Assembly (NCBI GenBank): GCA_002256025.1
Contig: NKIB01012145.1
Span: 1-64,000, forward strand
Length of the DNA stretch: 64,000 nt
Direction: 5' to 3'
Origin: Asterionella formosa
Lineage: Eukaryota
Made by a program: the position numbers and the translations under genes. Of the stretch, positions 12,501-23,359 are shown piece by piece (position 1 is the first letter of the stretch; each line of letters starts with the position of its first letter). The notes under the pieces are model-generated. The model was not told the DNA's origin and ran no database searches. It saw nothing but the letters and a program-made list of their open reading frames with translations.

Positions 12501-12943
12501 CCCTCCTGGTGGTCCACGTTGGCTGGAGGAGGCGCTACTTGAATCCCCAAGCTCTCAATCGCTCGTTGCGATGCTCCATTCTGGGCTGACTTTAGTCGTG
12601 AAAAGTAAATCTTCCCATCTTCATGTTCTATACTCTTGCCAAATGCCTCTTCTGGCAAGTGTGTCGTGGTATAGACGGCAGTCCCATTCGGGTCAGAAAA
12701 CGAACATGTCCACCACGTCCGACCATTCAGGTAAATGAAAGTGTCTGAAAAACAGACGGAAATCTTCTTCGCGTCCATGCCGTAGTGATTGATAAGTGCT
12801 AGTTTGGGAGAAGGCAAAATCGTTGATGCTGAGCGTCTTCCGCCAGTGCATGCGATGCCATGGAAGGCATCACGTGATGTGGGATCACGGAGCCTTTTCG
12901 ATCCAATCAAGAGACGTTTCCGTATCAATAACCTCGATAGCAT
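9536..12943 (-). CDS. PPR-like repeat protein, probably mitochondrion-targeted, with a duplicated N-terminal 'WWTCSF' domain
   Basis: Long intronless ORF. Arg-rich presequence 'MLSRLLIRKRLL' at ATG 12943. PPR-like motifs 'PDIETYHAFFGC', 'PNGESINFAIQAWSQVG' and 'PNVATYEAIIQAWIKTG'. Confidence 0.65.
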   Translation of the reverse strand: MLSRLLIRKRLLIGSKRLRDPTSRDAFHGIACTGGRRSASTILPSPKLALINHYGMDAKKISVCFSDTFIYLNGRTWWTCSFSDPNGTAVYTTTHLPEEAFGKSIEHEDGKIYFSRLKSAQNGASQRAIESLGIQVAPPPANVDHQEGPGHVNMVDERSNNEHELSTLLAAYSRNIEEYYDATGILLNEEEWWTCSFHSPLNGEKHYPVQLSTQWGPTLTHEGFLFYRNPETARHAVTLAALLSINATLSVLAKAPTAVLLERQTGKDGLNTDYPSLLPLLDEQGSVFMRSNDSSESKLSGSMTGLLPSLGSTVEAIQLPALLKDEKQPKEDNIQFGVVYVDDDDDEEYTIHFTAPTPSAEAQSASFRTLDRIMEAWFGRTAISPGNGQGSDHMPLLQNPSEQRNQILKEARQWFNGALQPKKSEKWWLPTFTHSHNFASTTAANRILQALSTANKISPCPEIEETAQTIFDFILESEEKPDIETYHAFFGCLDCEKSPVRKAKKIGQYLKTLQNSNSACYPKPNGESINFAIQAWSQVGGKIATEAIEKLMRSELTTSLPTRAIYISLLVATGAKESPSGGVKSFNPEHARDIIEQMQALSTEMNDESLIPDTEIWNVPIVSNSFYNHEILFSNGFLEKDDKLWEDALRIENWVKEMDQGANARIRPNVATYEAIIQAWIKTGTEVGLEKAESWAQRLLDVASPLGPIKPRLQTFHPILAAHAFTGQLTQLEVWIDRLTGANASCQPDCRVRGLEITAHVNAMKQKIRKIDSSGVTDSELTHHAEACSRLLRDFTTEVFTFYKGESRNSLFLEVEAFLETAQAWECLAHHRSAAGGDVDYCVQRALEVQELHSSITRRLEMIDVNYVLSAHVRQQVDHLRFNAVQLNKAILRVFIDTISNDKEPYFLKHINVVDAMLRTAAEYGQVFHTSSTRQHYTGEVVYPDLFSYHPNAVKLSYDDSVIDFCTEVANLSQIVSAAKHPLDKLIPLCALVLQLATPDSTSNESKSALAFLYNSIGEVFSVVEPKEERAALLHNLVAAVKMLPSRDAAIIVDKFTKVIGRMDVVRQRHDSRIDEQRKPRLSFGGVYQKHNMSALAEEPERPRYKAMTVGGGVKRISKKAGMRSRSRLSSPSSA

Positions 12944-14641
12944 GGCTGATTGCAAATAGAGAAGGAAGTGGTCGAAAGATGCAGGTAATGTAGTACTCCA
13001 GCAACAGATCTTGACGAAGAGCTCTTGTAATCTCCATGACATGAATGAAGAGACAAAATATATATAACGTACATGGTACCCTGGTACTGGTACCAGTACC
13101 ACCGATACTCGACTTGCACATTAGTGCTTCACCAAATACCGGTATACCGGTAGTCTACCAAATGCTTCGGTCGAAATACTTTTATACTGATAGTTCATGT
13201 GTGTTAACTCTATTCCATACAAACACACATGCCGGAATACGAACATAAACTCCGAGTACAGTCATATTGCTTACACGTTTATCATGATATGCAACCGAAT
13301 CATTACAGGCATTGCAATAGGCTTCGAAATAAATAATACTACATTATTATATCCTCCATTTATCTCTATGTATTGGTCGCAGAGGCGGACAAATAAAAAA
13401 TATGAAATGAAAAACAAATAAAAACCATAAATTTATATAGCTACAATAATGGGTGGTCGAGCAGCTGCTTTCACGAACGATGCCTCGTGGCGACTTGAGA
13501 CTGATTGATCGGCCTGCCTGTACTCCCCCCCCCCGGTTTTACCAGCAAGCAGTTGCCCTCATGTACGTGTTTGCTGAAGGGCCAACGTGACGCAGGACAG
13601 GCGCTCATGTTCACCATTAAACATACTTACTACCCGTATGTGCATTGAACATTAGAACATAATGCATGAATTCACAATTTCATGCATGGTGTCTGCATCA
13701 CAACTTGGTGAGGCCCTTGCTAACTGGTTGGAAAATCCCATTCTCGAAATTTTCTAAAATTTTTCAGTTTCTGAGGAATTCGAACCCAGCAGTGATTTTC
13801 GAATGCCGAAAAACACTGTTTCCTACTGCAACGGAATTCTGTTTGGGGTTTTTCAGAAGTTTTTTGGAAAGCTCAGTTCCTTAGTACCATACCAGAATAT
13901 TGTCAGATGGTAAAACTGAACATTGTGAATATTGAGCATTTTTCGCTGTTGGCAATGCATCAATGTTCCATTGATGATTCTGTTGATGATAATGTTGTAT
14001 CTTCAACAACCAATCTTTGCTTTGGATGTTCCTTGTTTCTTTCATGCTGACTTCTTGATTTATTAACATGCTGGCATGCTCATGGATCCTGACACAGCTG
14101 CCTACTCTACAGGCAACAGAATCAACACTGTTTGTGCAACAATAATATCTTAAATTTACTGTCATTGTCATTTACGTTTTTAATTCACATAATATCATTA
14201 ACAGCCTATCCAGGGACCAATGGATATCCTTGCTACGCAAGCAAGGTTTTCAGGTCAAATCGAAGCATACAACAAGCTTCTCAATGACAGAGAAAAAAGT
14301 TCATCAAAGCTTTTTGTCTTCAAATTATTTTCGATTGTGGTGTTTTGACTTCATCTCACAAAGTGACCAACTTGGAGGATATCTGCAAGCAAATAGAGAA
14401 AGAGTTCCACATGAGAGTGCATACATACAAGCCCTTGATGAATCAAATGAAAATGAAACTGGATAAATTGTCAGAGAATCCATGGAGGCAGTGGTTTTCC
14501 AATCTTTGCTTTATGCGAACTTCACCACTTTGACAATGCCGTAGTAGTAAGGATTAACTAGTTGGGTTGTTTTCAGGGACCTGAATTCTCAATTTATCAA
14601 TCAGTGACAACCATGCTAATATAAGTTGATGAGTGGTAAAA

Positions 14642-14739
14642 TGCTAAATTCTGACAAAGCTACAATTAAAAGGTTCCTTCCACATATTCGTGCTAAATTC
14701 TAACAAAGCCGCAATTAAAAGGGTCCTTCCAAATATTTG
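14642..14739. repeat. 49-bp tandem duplication (2 diverged copies)
   Basis: tgctaaattctgacaaagctacaattaaaaggttccttccacatattcg (14642-14690) versus tgctaaattctaacaaagccgcaattaaaagggtccttccaaatatttg (14691-14739). Confidence 0.9.
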
Positions 14740-17119
14740 GGTGTTTATCAAGAACAAGTCAATTTCAACAACCATAAATCATGATAAGAAGAAAGAGAAC
14801 AGGAATGCTTCTGGCATCAATGATGCAAAGCTAGAAGATTTTCCAGAAGATTTACACACCTGAAGTTGGGGCATTTAGGGCTTTCTGTAATGATCCCATT
14901 ATAGCAAGAACAACAGCCAGGTGGGACAGCAAGTTCAAATGCAATTGATCTCGACAAAAAATGCAAGAGCCATAATGAGCAAAGACGTGAGACTAGGAAT
15001 GTGAAGAGGCAGGCACTGGAATCAAAGTGATCAACAAGGGTGGATCTTCTTAAGAATGAGAGGAATAGAACTGCATTGATGAGCGCTAATGCCGCAATGA
15101 CAATGGCGGACAAAATAATAACAACATTCCTAATTTGCTAACTGTCATTCAGTAGCCGCATTGGATTCTTGAGGATCATGAACATCGTCTTAGGAATATG
15201 GCAAAGAAACATTCCGCATGTTTTCTTGCTTATTCAGATGATTTCTCTAACCGTAGATGTCTTGTCGATGGATATGTTGGCCTTGACAATGAATTGAGAG
15301 TAGAAATATGACCTCTTTGATGATTCAGGACCAAACTGACGCCTTGACCTCTTGTTTGGAACATTATTCAGCGCCGATGTCTTTTTTCATCTTCTGAGCT
15401 ATCCTCAGCAATCAAGTCCAACACCTCATGACTACAATACCGTAGACAGTATCTTGATCATCAGTAGAATAGCCATGGTGGATGAGTGAGCAACTGTTGA
15501 TTGCAATCATACTGGTTTTTATACATAGATGAAGAGTCGCCGGTCTACTAGTCAAAATCTATTATTAATTATGTTATTCTTTCTAGTGCTTTGGCTGTGA
15601 AATCCTCAATTTCCCAAACGTGACGAACATACTATATGCAAAATTTTGCTTAAACTAAACAAACTTACCCGGTAGTCCTTAATTCATTTGTACATGCTGC
15701 TACTACCTACGTCATTAGAACAGAAGGAAATTGAGTTAACGGTACCAGGTACCAAGGTAGTAGGTACCCCTGGTACTGGGATACTCCTGTTGGCACAGCC
15801 ATGCATGGCTTGTCAACTAGTATTAACCCGGTTTCATATGTAGCGGTACTAAACAGGAATGGGTTGCTGCACATTACTACAATTATAGGGCATTACCAGC
15901 AGATTTGATAACATCATACACCGGAGCAAATGCTTCACATTTGTCTGCTTCTACTACTAGGACTACCGATATATAAATTTAGCTACGACCGTTAAGGTGA
16001 AGTATCTGCTCGTAGCATCGTCGTTTAAAAATTGTGCATCTCTAAATTAGCTAGATGAAAAAGCTTGAAGTGCGTTTGTTAGCAATTTTGCTTATTGGCT
16101 GTGAGGTCGCTCATCATTTCAACGCTGCTGCCATGATCGCAATCACCTATGACCTACGTAATCATACTCTAGCTATAACTAGTATGATACTGATTACGCA
16201 CCGGTATTTGTGTAGTTGCAAGCGGCTGAAGGATCCTTCATCATCATGTCGTTGCAGTGTTGGCCATGATAAAATAGCGAATATCTCGACGAAAAATCAG
16301 AACGATGCTTTCCTTTTTAAAACATATATCAAACACGATATAGATAGTAGTACAATCGTAAAAGAGTAATCCTAATAGCACTAATATTGACAACGAAAAT
16401 TGAAGTCGCCGCTGACACATTTACAAACCCAGACGTAACATTTCCTTGGATGTACCGGTAGACTGGCACTATATCCACTACTACTCAGTAGATGATCATC
16501 ATTGGACATATACGCATGTTTCTCCTTGAGTGCACTTTCAATTATTTGCCGAGCTGCTGGGTCATATTAAGAAACATAATCGTCAGAATATATACATTTT
16601 GCAATGTAGAATGTCTATATATATATTTAGCAAATTCGAAAAGAAATCCATGTACACATGCACAAATTTCCATGGGTTCAAATATTTCAAATGTCATTAT
16701 CTCATTCAAAAATAGCTCATATATTATTTCTTAGTTGCAGGGAATTTGGCAGCCCTAAGCAATATTTTAATTTTTGCCTGAAGTTGAAATGCATGAACCT
16801 TTAAGTGGATTTGCTTAAAGTAGAGTCCATTTGCTTAAAGTAACTTAGACCCCAAATATTTTAACCCTAAATTACGATTCATTAGAACATGTTTTGTCCC
16901 TAATTATATGAATTTATCAAATTTTGTCCAGTCGTCTTTCTGGAGCCTGCAGGCGTGAGCCGTTAGAAGTTTCATACTTGATTTCTTAACGGCTTTTGCC
17001 GAGTCGGGAAATATTTGTCGGTTTTGGAAATGAGTATACGAAGAAGCAAAATTACCTCAACTTGCAGGTTGTACCGGTAATAGAATAACGGGTACTTGGT
17101 TGTGTGTATTCTATACCTG

Positions 17120-17214
17120 GCAAGTTGCGGTACTGTAATTGTGCTGTAACTAAATATTTATCTTTCTTTATCCTATAATAAATTGTTTATTTAAGCAAAA
17201 TGACCGCAACTTGC
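17120..17214. mobile_element. Small MITE-like element with 12-bp perfect terminal inverted repeats
   Basis: GCAAGTTGCGGT (17120-17131) and ACCGCAACTTGC (17203-17214) flank an AT-rich core. The same terminus recurs at 17046-17065, 26705-26723 and 26988-27005. Confidence 0.5.
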
Positions 17215-17471
17215 TTGTACCAATGCCAGTATATAATTTGTAAGCACATCCTTTCGTGTTAGGCACTCCTGCCGCCTATTTATAATGATACAATACATGG
17301 CTGAGTAAGCGTTCCAACCGGTACATCACGGCAAACGCGATATCGCCTTCACTATAACTAATATTACGGGGAATAGTTTATGTAACTATTATATAGTATG
17401 CATACTGGGGGTATTTATCTCGGCCATGGATTTTGTTGATCCGCGCACAGCACATTTTCAGAACTAATGAT

Positions 17472-20400
17472 ATGACAACAACAACAACAACAACAACGAC
17501 AATGTTATCTGCTACTCACCTCACTGAGGGGAGACATAATCGACATGACGAAGACGAAGAAGAACAGAGATTCCGCGAGGAAGGGGAGTGTTTACTGCCA
17601 CCTCCTTCCAGTTGGTTCCATTTAGAAGTCGAGCCAAAAGACGTTTCACAGCGAGCCTGTGTCGGGACCGGGCTGATGCGAACAATTGAAGAGCCCGACT
17701 CTCCTCCTAACCCAAAAGCTCTTCCCGAGAAATCATCGGCGTGCATGATTGCCTCTCCTCGCCGGGCTCCAAGCTGGTCAGAAATTCCTACTCAGGTGCT
17801 ACCGGCGGCTGCAAAGGAACTTTTACAGAACAGTTGGCATCAAATTATTTACACAGCACGATTGTCATATTCCAAGGGAAGGTGGACAAGAAAGTACAGC
17901 GACATTTACAACCAAGCAGGAGGGTATCATCGAGAACATTTGCAGCAACCAGACAAAGTCGCTCTACCAGCCTTTTCTTCGCTCAACTGGGTAGATCGGC
18001 AACTCGTTCAAGAATGGAGGACGATATCTACATTAATGCCCGGCACGATGGAGGAAGACCAAGAAGAAGATTTCCATAATGCCAGAACTCTAGTGCCACC
18101 TCCGATGGATCCTCCTGCTTGGAAAAAGGCGGACCTGTGCTTTGCTTGTAGGCAACCTTTTGGTCCCACCCTGCTCCGTCATCATTGTCGCATGTGTGGA
18201 CAATCCTACTGCCAGACACACTCCGCTCACTCACATTTATTACCACAACTGGGATATGAAGTACCTGAACGAGTCTGCGGATCATGCAACGATCAATTGC
18301 AGGAGCAAGCCTTGGCAGAACGAGTCGCTTGGCGATTGGCGAGATGCCGGGATTTAGAATCGGGCGACCTAACGCCATACTTCGAGACAGGCGTTGACAC
18401 AGTAGAAGACGCCGCCTTACGAATTACACACGCTGCGATTGCGTTGACAAGAAAAATTCCCTTGGGCGCGCAAGCTCATGTGGCAGTGGAAACGATTGAG
18501 GTATTGAGAAAACACGGGCTAAAGGGAATTTACGGCCTCATTTTAAGGAAGGAGTTCCTCGCTGCAGCAGACTTGCTTTGTAAGGCCCTGGGTATTAATA
18601 AGACGAGGTGGCCTTTGAGTGCGCACGAACTAAGCGCAGCCATCTTTTATGCTTTGGCACAACATCGCGCTATTCGTGGCATGTATCCTGAGCGAGAACA
18701 CTTGATTCATACGTTACGTAAGCCTGCGCTTGCAGACGAACAACCGTCGGATGACGAGTGGGGCCCTTTGCGTTCGGCATGGACTTTCGAAGGTTTAGAA
18801 GACGAAATGTATGACGTTCGTGCTGATAACAACTCTGTGATGGATCAAACAGATACTTATGATCCGAGGGCACAACACGTGGCTGACTTGGTTGCTCTCA
18901 CGGATTCTGCCGCGATTAAGGCCCAAGACACCGTCAATCATGAAGACTTACCGTTTTCTCCAGTCTGCGATGAAGTTCCTAGTTCAGTATTGGCATCTCT
19001 CTTGTTTTATGCCCCGATTTCTCTAAACTTCATCTATGCAGAAAGGGAAGTCGATATGCAGCTACTAGCAGCTCAACAGGGATGGAGGCTCTTATATTCC
19101 CATTTGGAGCAGGAGCCAGGATCCGACCAACCTGCATCGGCATTGTTTTGCCATGAACAACAAAAGATTGCTTGTCTTGCTATTAGGGGAACCGCTACTA
19201 TCAATGATGTTGTTACTGATATTCGTCAAATGCCAATTCCTTTTCCCGACGAAGGAGGTAGCGGGAACGAGAATGACGACTGGACTCCCATCTTAAGTGG
19301 TCAAGGACTCGCCGTATGCGGAATGGCAACGGCGGCTGCCAATTTGTATCAGGAACATATGGATGTGCTGCTATGGCTTGCCAAGAAAGGCTATCGCATC
19401 CGTATAACTGGACATTCCCTCGGTGGTGGGGTGGCAACTTTGTTGGGCGCCCTTGTTCGTCGTCACTTAGACAAGGTTGCGAAATTCGGCGACTCCAATG
19501 CATTTGCCACGGATAGTAGTGATAGAGCGTTTGCTGCCAGGAGTGATTTACTTCGTGTGTATGGATATGGAACTCCTTCGTGCGTTGATGCTCGTCTCTC
19601 AGATTTCGCCAAAGCTTTTGTGACAACCGTGGTCTTGCACGATGACGTGATTCCCCGACTTACACCAACATCTATTCGTGGTCTCTTGAAGCACTTACTA
19701 CATATCCGCGAAACATGGGTGAAAGTCCATCTAAACGAAGATTTGATGGCTATAACAGAACGAGCAAAGACTGCATGGGCTCCTCGGTGGCGTCAATCAT
19801 TTACACTCTCAGACTCAACCTTTAAATATTACTATCGTAAGCAGATGCAATACGGGAAAAGTAAATACTTGTCACTCAAGGGTACTTTGACGCGACGAAT
19901 GAAGAAAGTTGATGAGGACCGAGAAGATGATACTAGATGCAAATGGCCCGTCTTATTGAATGATGATACAGGCAACGATGGCGTCCAGGAGACATCCACG
20001 AGTATACATAATGGGCCAATTTTGATAATGGATATGATGGGGGGAATCGATGGGCGGGTCGAAGGTGTGATTGTTGATGGTGATCAGTTTTATGATGCCG
20101 ACGAGGATCTAGTTGAAAGTGATGATGATAGTAGCGCTGTTGCAGTGGACGAGGATGATGATGTTCGTTCACTGGATGATGATGAAAATTTTGATGTCAG
20201 CAATGACGAAGACAATGCAAGGGTTATTCTTGACGAAGCAGCAGCAAAATACGTCAGCTGGACAGAACCTATTCGAACCAATTCGATGACTCAAGATGAC
20301 AGTTGGGCAAAATCCGATAATCGATCAGGATGCCGAAATGCCATGAGCAAATCGGGAATTTCATCACTGGCGTCAGAAATAGTTGACGGTCTTGAAGAAG

Positions 20401-21053
20401 ACGAAGAACCTTCGTCCGCTGTCATTCTGGAAGAGACACCTCTCCCTAGGATGTTCCTGCCAGGAAATATTGTCCATATTTATACAAACCGTGGAGGATA
20501 CAAAACTGCGTTTGTACCCAAAGCATTTCGTGAACTTCGACGGATCAGTTTAGCCGGCAATATGCTGTCTGATCATAGTTGCAAGTCTTATTATGAAGCG
20601 CTTTTAGAAGTAAAAACGATACGCGAAGCCCAGGAAGGCCTCCCACGGTGGACTGCTTTTGACGAAGATGATACTTGTTCTTGTTGCGCCAGCAAGTTCA
20701 CTTGGGCAAGTACATCCGACAGTGAAGCACAAGAAGCTCGAGATAAACACAATTGTAGGTCTTGTGGTACTCTGGTATGCGATCCCTGCTCCAAAAACAG
20801 GATTCCTTTGCCGACACTTGGTATCACATCTCCTGCCCGAGTTTGTGACCGTTGCTACAATGATATTGGTGGTGTCTTTACAGGAATCGGGATGACAAGT
20901 TCATTCCTAGAAGATAGTCTCGGCGAGAGCCATGTGTCTATGAAGCATTGTGACAAGGAGGAGGACTGCCAACCCGAGCGTCAACGTGAACGACGCAGCC
21001 TTGTAGTCGACGATCTGGCGTCGAGGATACAGTCGACTGTGACTTGTTCATGA
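17472..21053 (+). CDS. FYVE - class 3 lipase (DAG-lipase-like) - FYVE protein
   Basis: First FYVE: 'WKKADLCFAC...RHHCRMCGQSYC...RVCGSC'. Lipase motifs: 'LAIRGT', 'TGHSLGGG', 'DDVIPR', 'SDH'. Second FYVE: 'CSCC...KHNCRSCGTLVC...RVCDRC'. The N-terminal poly-Thr is encoded by an (ACA)n tract. Confidence 0.88.
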   Translation: MTTTTTTTTTMLSATHLTEGRHNRHDEDEEEQRFREEGECLLPPPSSWFHLEVEPKDVSQRACVGTGLMRTIEEPDSPPNPKALPEKSSACMIASPRRAPSWSEIPTQVLPAAAKELLQNSWHQIIYTARLSYSKGRWTRKYSDIYNQAGGYHREHLQQPDKVALPAFSSLNWVDRQLVQEWRTISTLMPGTMEEDQEEDFHNARTLVPPPMDPPAWKKADLCFACRQPFGPTLLRHHCRMCGQSYCQTHSAHSHLLPQLGYEVPERVCGSCNDQLQEQALAERVAWRLARCRDLESGDLTPYFETGVDTVEDAALRITHAAIALTRKIPLGAQAHVAVETIEVLRKHGLKGIYGLILRKEFLAAADLLCKALGINKTRWPLSAHELSAAIFYALAQHRAIRGMYPEREHLIHTLRKPALADEQPSDDEWGPLRSAWTFEGLEDEMYDVRADNNSVMDQTDTYDPRAQHVADLVALTDSAAIKAQDTVNHEDLPFSPVCDEVPSSVLASLLFYAPISLNFIYAEREVDMQLLAAQQGWRLLYSHLEQEPGSDQPASALFCHEQQKIACLAIRGTATINDVVTDIRQMPIPFPDEGGSGNENDDWTPILSGQGLAVCGMATAAANLYQEHMDVLLWLAKKGYRIRITGHSLGGGVATLLGALVRRHLDKVAKFGDSNAFATDSSDRAFAARSDLLRVYGYGTPSCVDARLSDFAKAFVTTVVLHDDVIPRLTPTSIRGLLKHLLHIRETWVKVHLNEDLMAITERAKTAWAPRWRQSFTLSDSTFKYYYRKQMQYGKSKYLSLKGTLTRRMKKVDEDREDDTRCKWPVLLNDDTGNDGVQETSTSIHNGPILIMDMMGGIDGRVEGVIVDGDQFYDADEDLVESDDDSSAVAVDEDDDVRSLDDDENFDVSNDEDNARVILDEAAAKYVSWTEPIRTNSMTQDDSWAKSDNRSGCRNAMSKSGISSLASEIVDGLEEDEEPSSAVILEETPLPRMFLPGNIVHIYTNRGGYKTAFVPKAFRELRRISLAGNMLSDHSCKSYYEALLEVKTIREAQEGLPRWTAFDEDDTCSCCASKFTWASTSDSEAQEARDKHNCRSCGTLVCDPCSKNRIPLPTLGITSPARVCDRCYNDIGGVFTGIGMTSSFLEDSLGESHVSMKHCDKEEDCQPERQRERRSLVVDDLASRIQSTVTCS

Positions 21054-23359
21054 TTGGCAAGTATACTTTAGGAACAGTTTATCCCCTTTGTGAAATCTGG
21101 CAAGGCCACACTAGAGTCAATTCCTTTTGTTCTGGCAGTAGCATCTTCTCTTGTCATTCTTGATTCTTGAGCTCCTCACTGAGAGAAACAGTGAACTTAA
21201 AAAGCATCTAACGGCGAAACTTCCTTCTCTTGATCCAATCTATTCCAAGCGAAAGGTAATGTCAACCCTTGTAATGGTTGACAAGCCAAGCGCTACAAAC
21301 ATAATGACATCAGCATATCTGGCCGCACACACAAAATCTGACTGTACCTGCAGTGATGGCGATTCTGTTGTCACCAATCATCTAGAGTGAAATCATGTGT
21401 GCTGGAACGTAAATCTTGATAGTGTTGTTCACAAGTCATAAGCATTACAGATTATTCAAATACTAGCAAGTCGTTGATTGCCGAATATGGAGAATTCATT
21501 TTTGCCTGCCATGTCAACAGGGGCCTTGCAATTTGACATCCTAAGAGAAGGATAAGCTATATTACATTTCTAATCTAGCCCAGCAGTCATTTCAACCATC
21601 ATGTTGAGGGCACAGCTAGTGTGTTTATCAATCATTGTTGAATCACCATTAAAAACCCATCTGTCTAGCAACTTCCTCCCATTGCCTGGGCATTGATGCA
21701 GAAAGTAAGCAATACCTTCCTTATTTGTGTGGTACAGCAAGAAAAAATTGGACTACTACTGGCAACAGTGTATGAAAAGTCTGTACCATTAGCAACATAC
21801 AATGCAGTGTAGCCAGCAGTGCATTGGCCAACCCTCATTTGTGTCCAAAGAATCACATTTCAGGAAGCTCGCTCCTAGAGTCAGTGGAATCAGATGCTGG
21901 TTGTCACAACAATGAAAGAGTATGAATCTTTACAAACTCCAATGAATACATTGTTTGGGAACAGTGACTAGTAATACAGGAGCAAACAACAAGTGGTCCT
22001 ATGATGAATGTATACACAAAGGATGACAAGAGGAATCAATAAACCAGATTATAGTGGCCTGCCATTGAATGTCACACAACCCACCAATGAGTGTGATGTC
22101 CATCAGAATACTGACAAGGAAAATTATATATCCTGAGACCTTTGTGTGTTCAAAATTGAATAAGAAGTGCTGACAAAGAACATGTGCGGTACTTCAGAAT
22201 CAGGAATCATTTCCCTAAAATGATTGCTGAAAATGTTGGCTGCCCAAATGGACTCGTGAGTATTAGTTGAAAACAGTGACAATAGACCAGCTCCCTCTAT
22301 TATACTTGATGGTATGGCTCCCACTTAGATTTTTTACATGACCCAAGTGACAATTTGTGAGTGTTAAACTGCCCTTTGGTATCGCCTACTGGCAAGTAAG
22401 TCGAAGGTTTGTCCTTGCAATGGACACTTGAAAATGAATTTAATAGTTGCAAAGAGAGACAAGTAGATCAAAAAATTTATGCATTAGCTACCGAGTATCT
22501 GTGTTAACAAAATCAGATATTGATATGGATATCTTGTTTAATCAAAATATTGAAAAAACTTTCTCTTTTTTGTATCATTGTCAATTGATTGACAAAGAAT
22601 GGACAAGCCTTCTTTATCACTCAGCTCATCCTCCAACTCATTGACTTCTAAACCCAACTTTGAAACCAATGTGAGAACCAGATGTTCATGCACATAATCA
22701 TAATCATACTCATACTTTTCTCCACTATAATCGAATTTAAATTTGCAACATTATCCAAACAAACGCAGTGAGGGATGATGTTGCTGAACTGAGCGAAATA
22801 AATTTAAGTAACATTCTTGACCAGGAATCTATATTGTCAGGAGTATTAGGAGGAGAATTGCATTCTTGAGAGTGTGACTGGGTGGAGAGGTAGTGAGGGA
22901 TGATATTGCAATTGCAAAATTCAGAGTAGAATCTCTTTGTAGCTCACCAGCTGTTATACTAGTAGCTAGTAAATAAGTCTGGCTGCAATGAACAATTATG
23001 AAGAAGTATGGTCAGATCCTTGGCTAGATGGTCAGCAACAATGGTCGCAGTTGCGCCCATCATCACTGTTACGGATTAACTGTAAAGGTTGGCTCTGATT
23101 AATGAGATCCTACAAGAGCTTGATGACGCTATCCAGGTGAACATGGACTTTGACCTCCATCCAGAAGGTCAAAGGTGCAGAGTTGGGTATTGTGCAAGGA
23201 GAATTGCACATGACAAAGTCGAGACAGCACAGTATGTTAATTGTACTCCTGCTGTAGTTATTGAACTGCTAATAAACAAGATTGAAGATGCTGTTAAGGA
23301 GGAGGAGGTCATCGAAATAGACAATCATTTAGATTATAGCAATTCTACTGCTGTGTAGA

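Noticed and set aside
13455..13510. Minimal type I hammerhead on the minus strand (GAAA-GCAGCTGC-TC)
   Set aside because: The GAAA, short stem III and UC are present, but the required CUGANGA box is absent.
13622..13635. U1 snRNA 5' end (ATACTTAC)
   Set aside because: The match stops after 8 nt (no CTGG), and no U1 stem-loops or Sm site are recognisable.
13660..15600. Protein-coding gene or assignable transposon
   Set aside because: Only short broken ORFs in CpG-poor sequence. It is probably a TE relic, but no diagnostic motif was recognised.
22400..23358. Short ORFs 22447-22644 and 23089-23358 as genes
   Set aside because: No recognisable domain, TTG starts, and a position inside a decayed repeat-rich interval.
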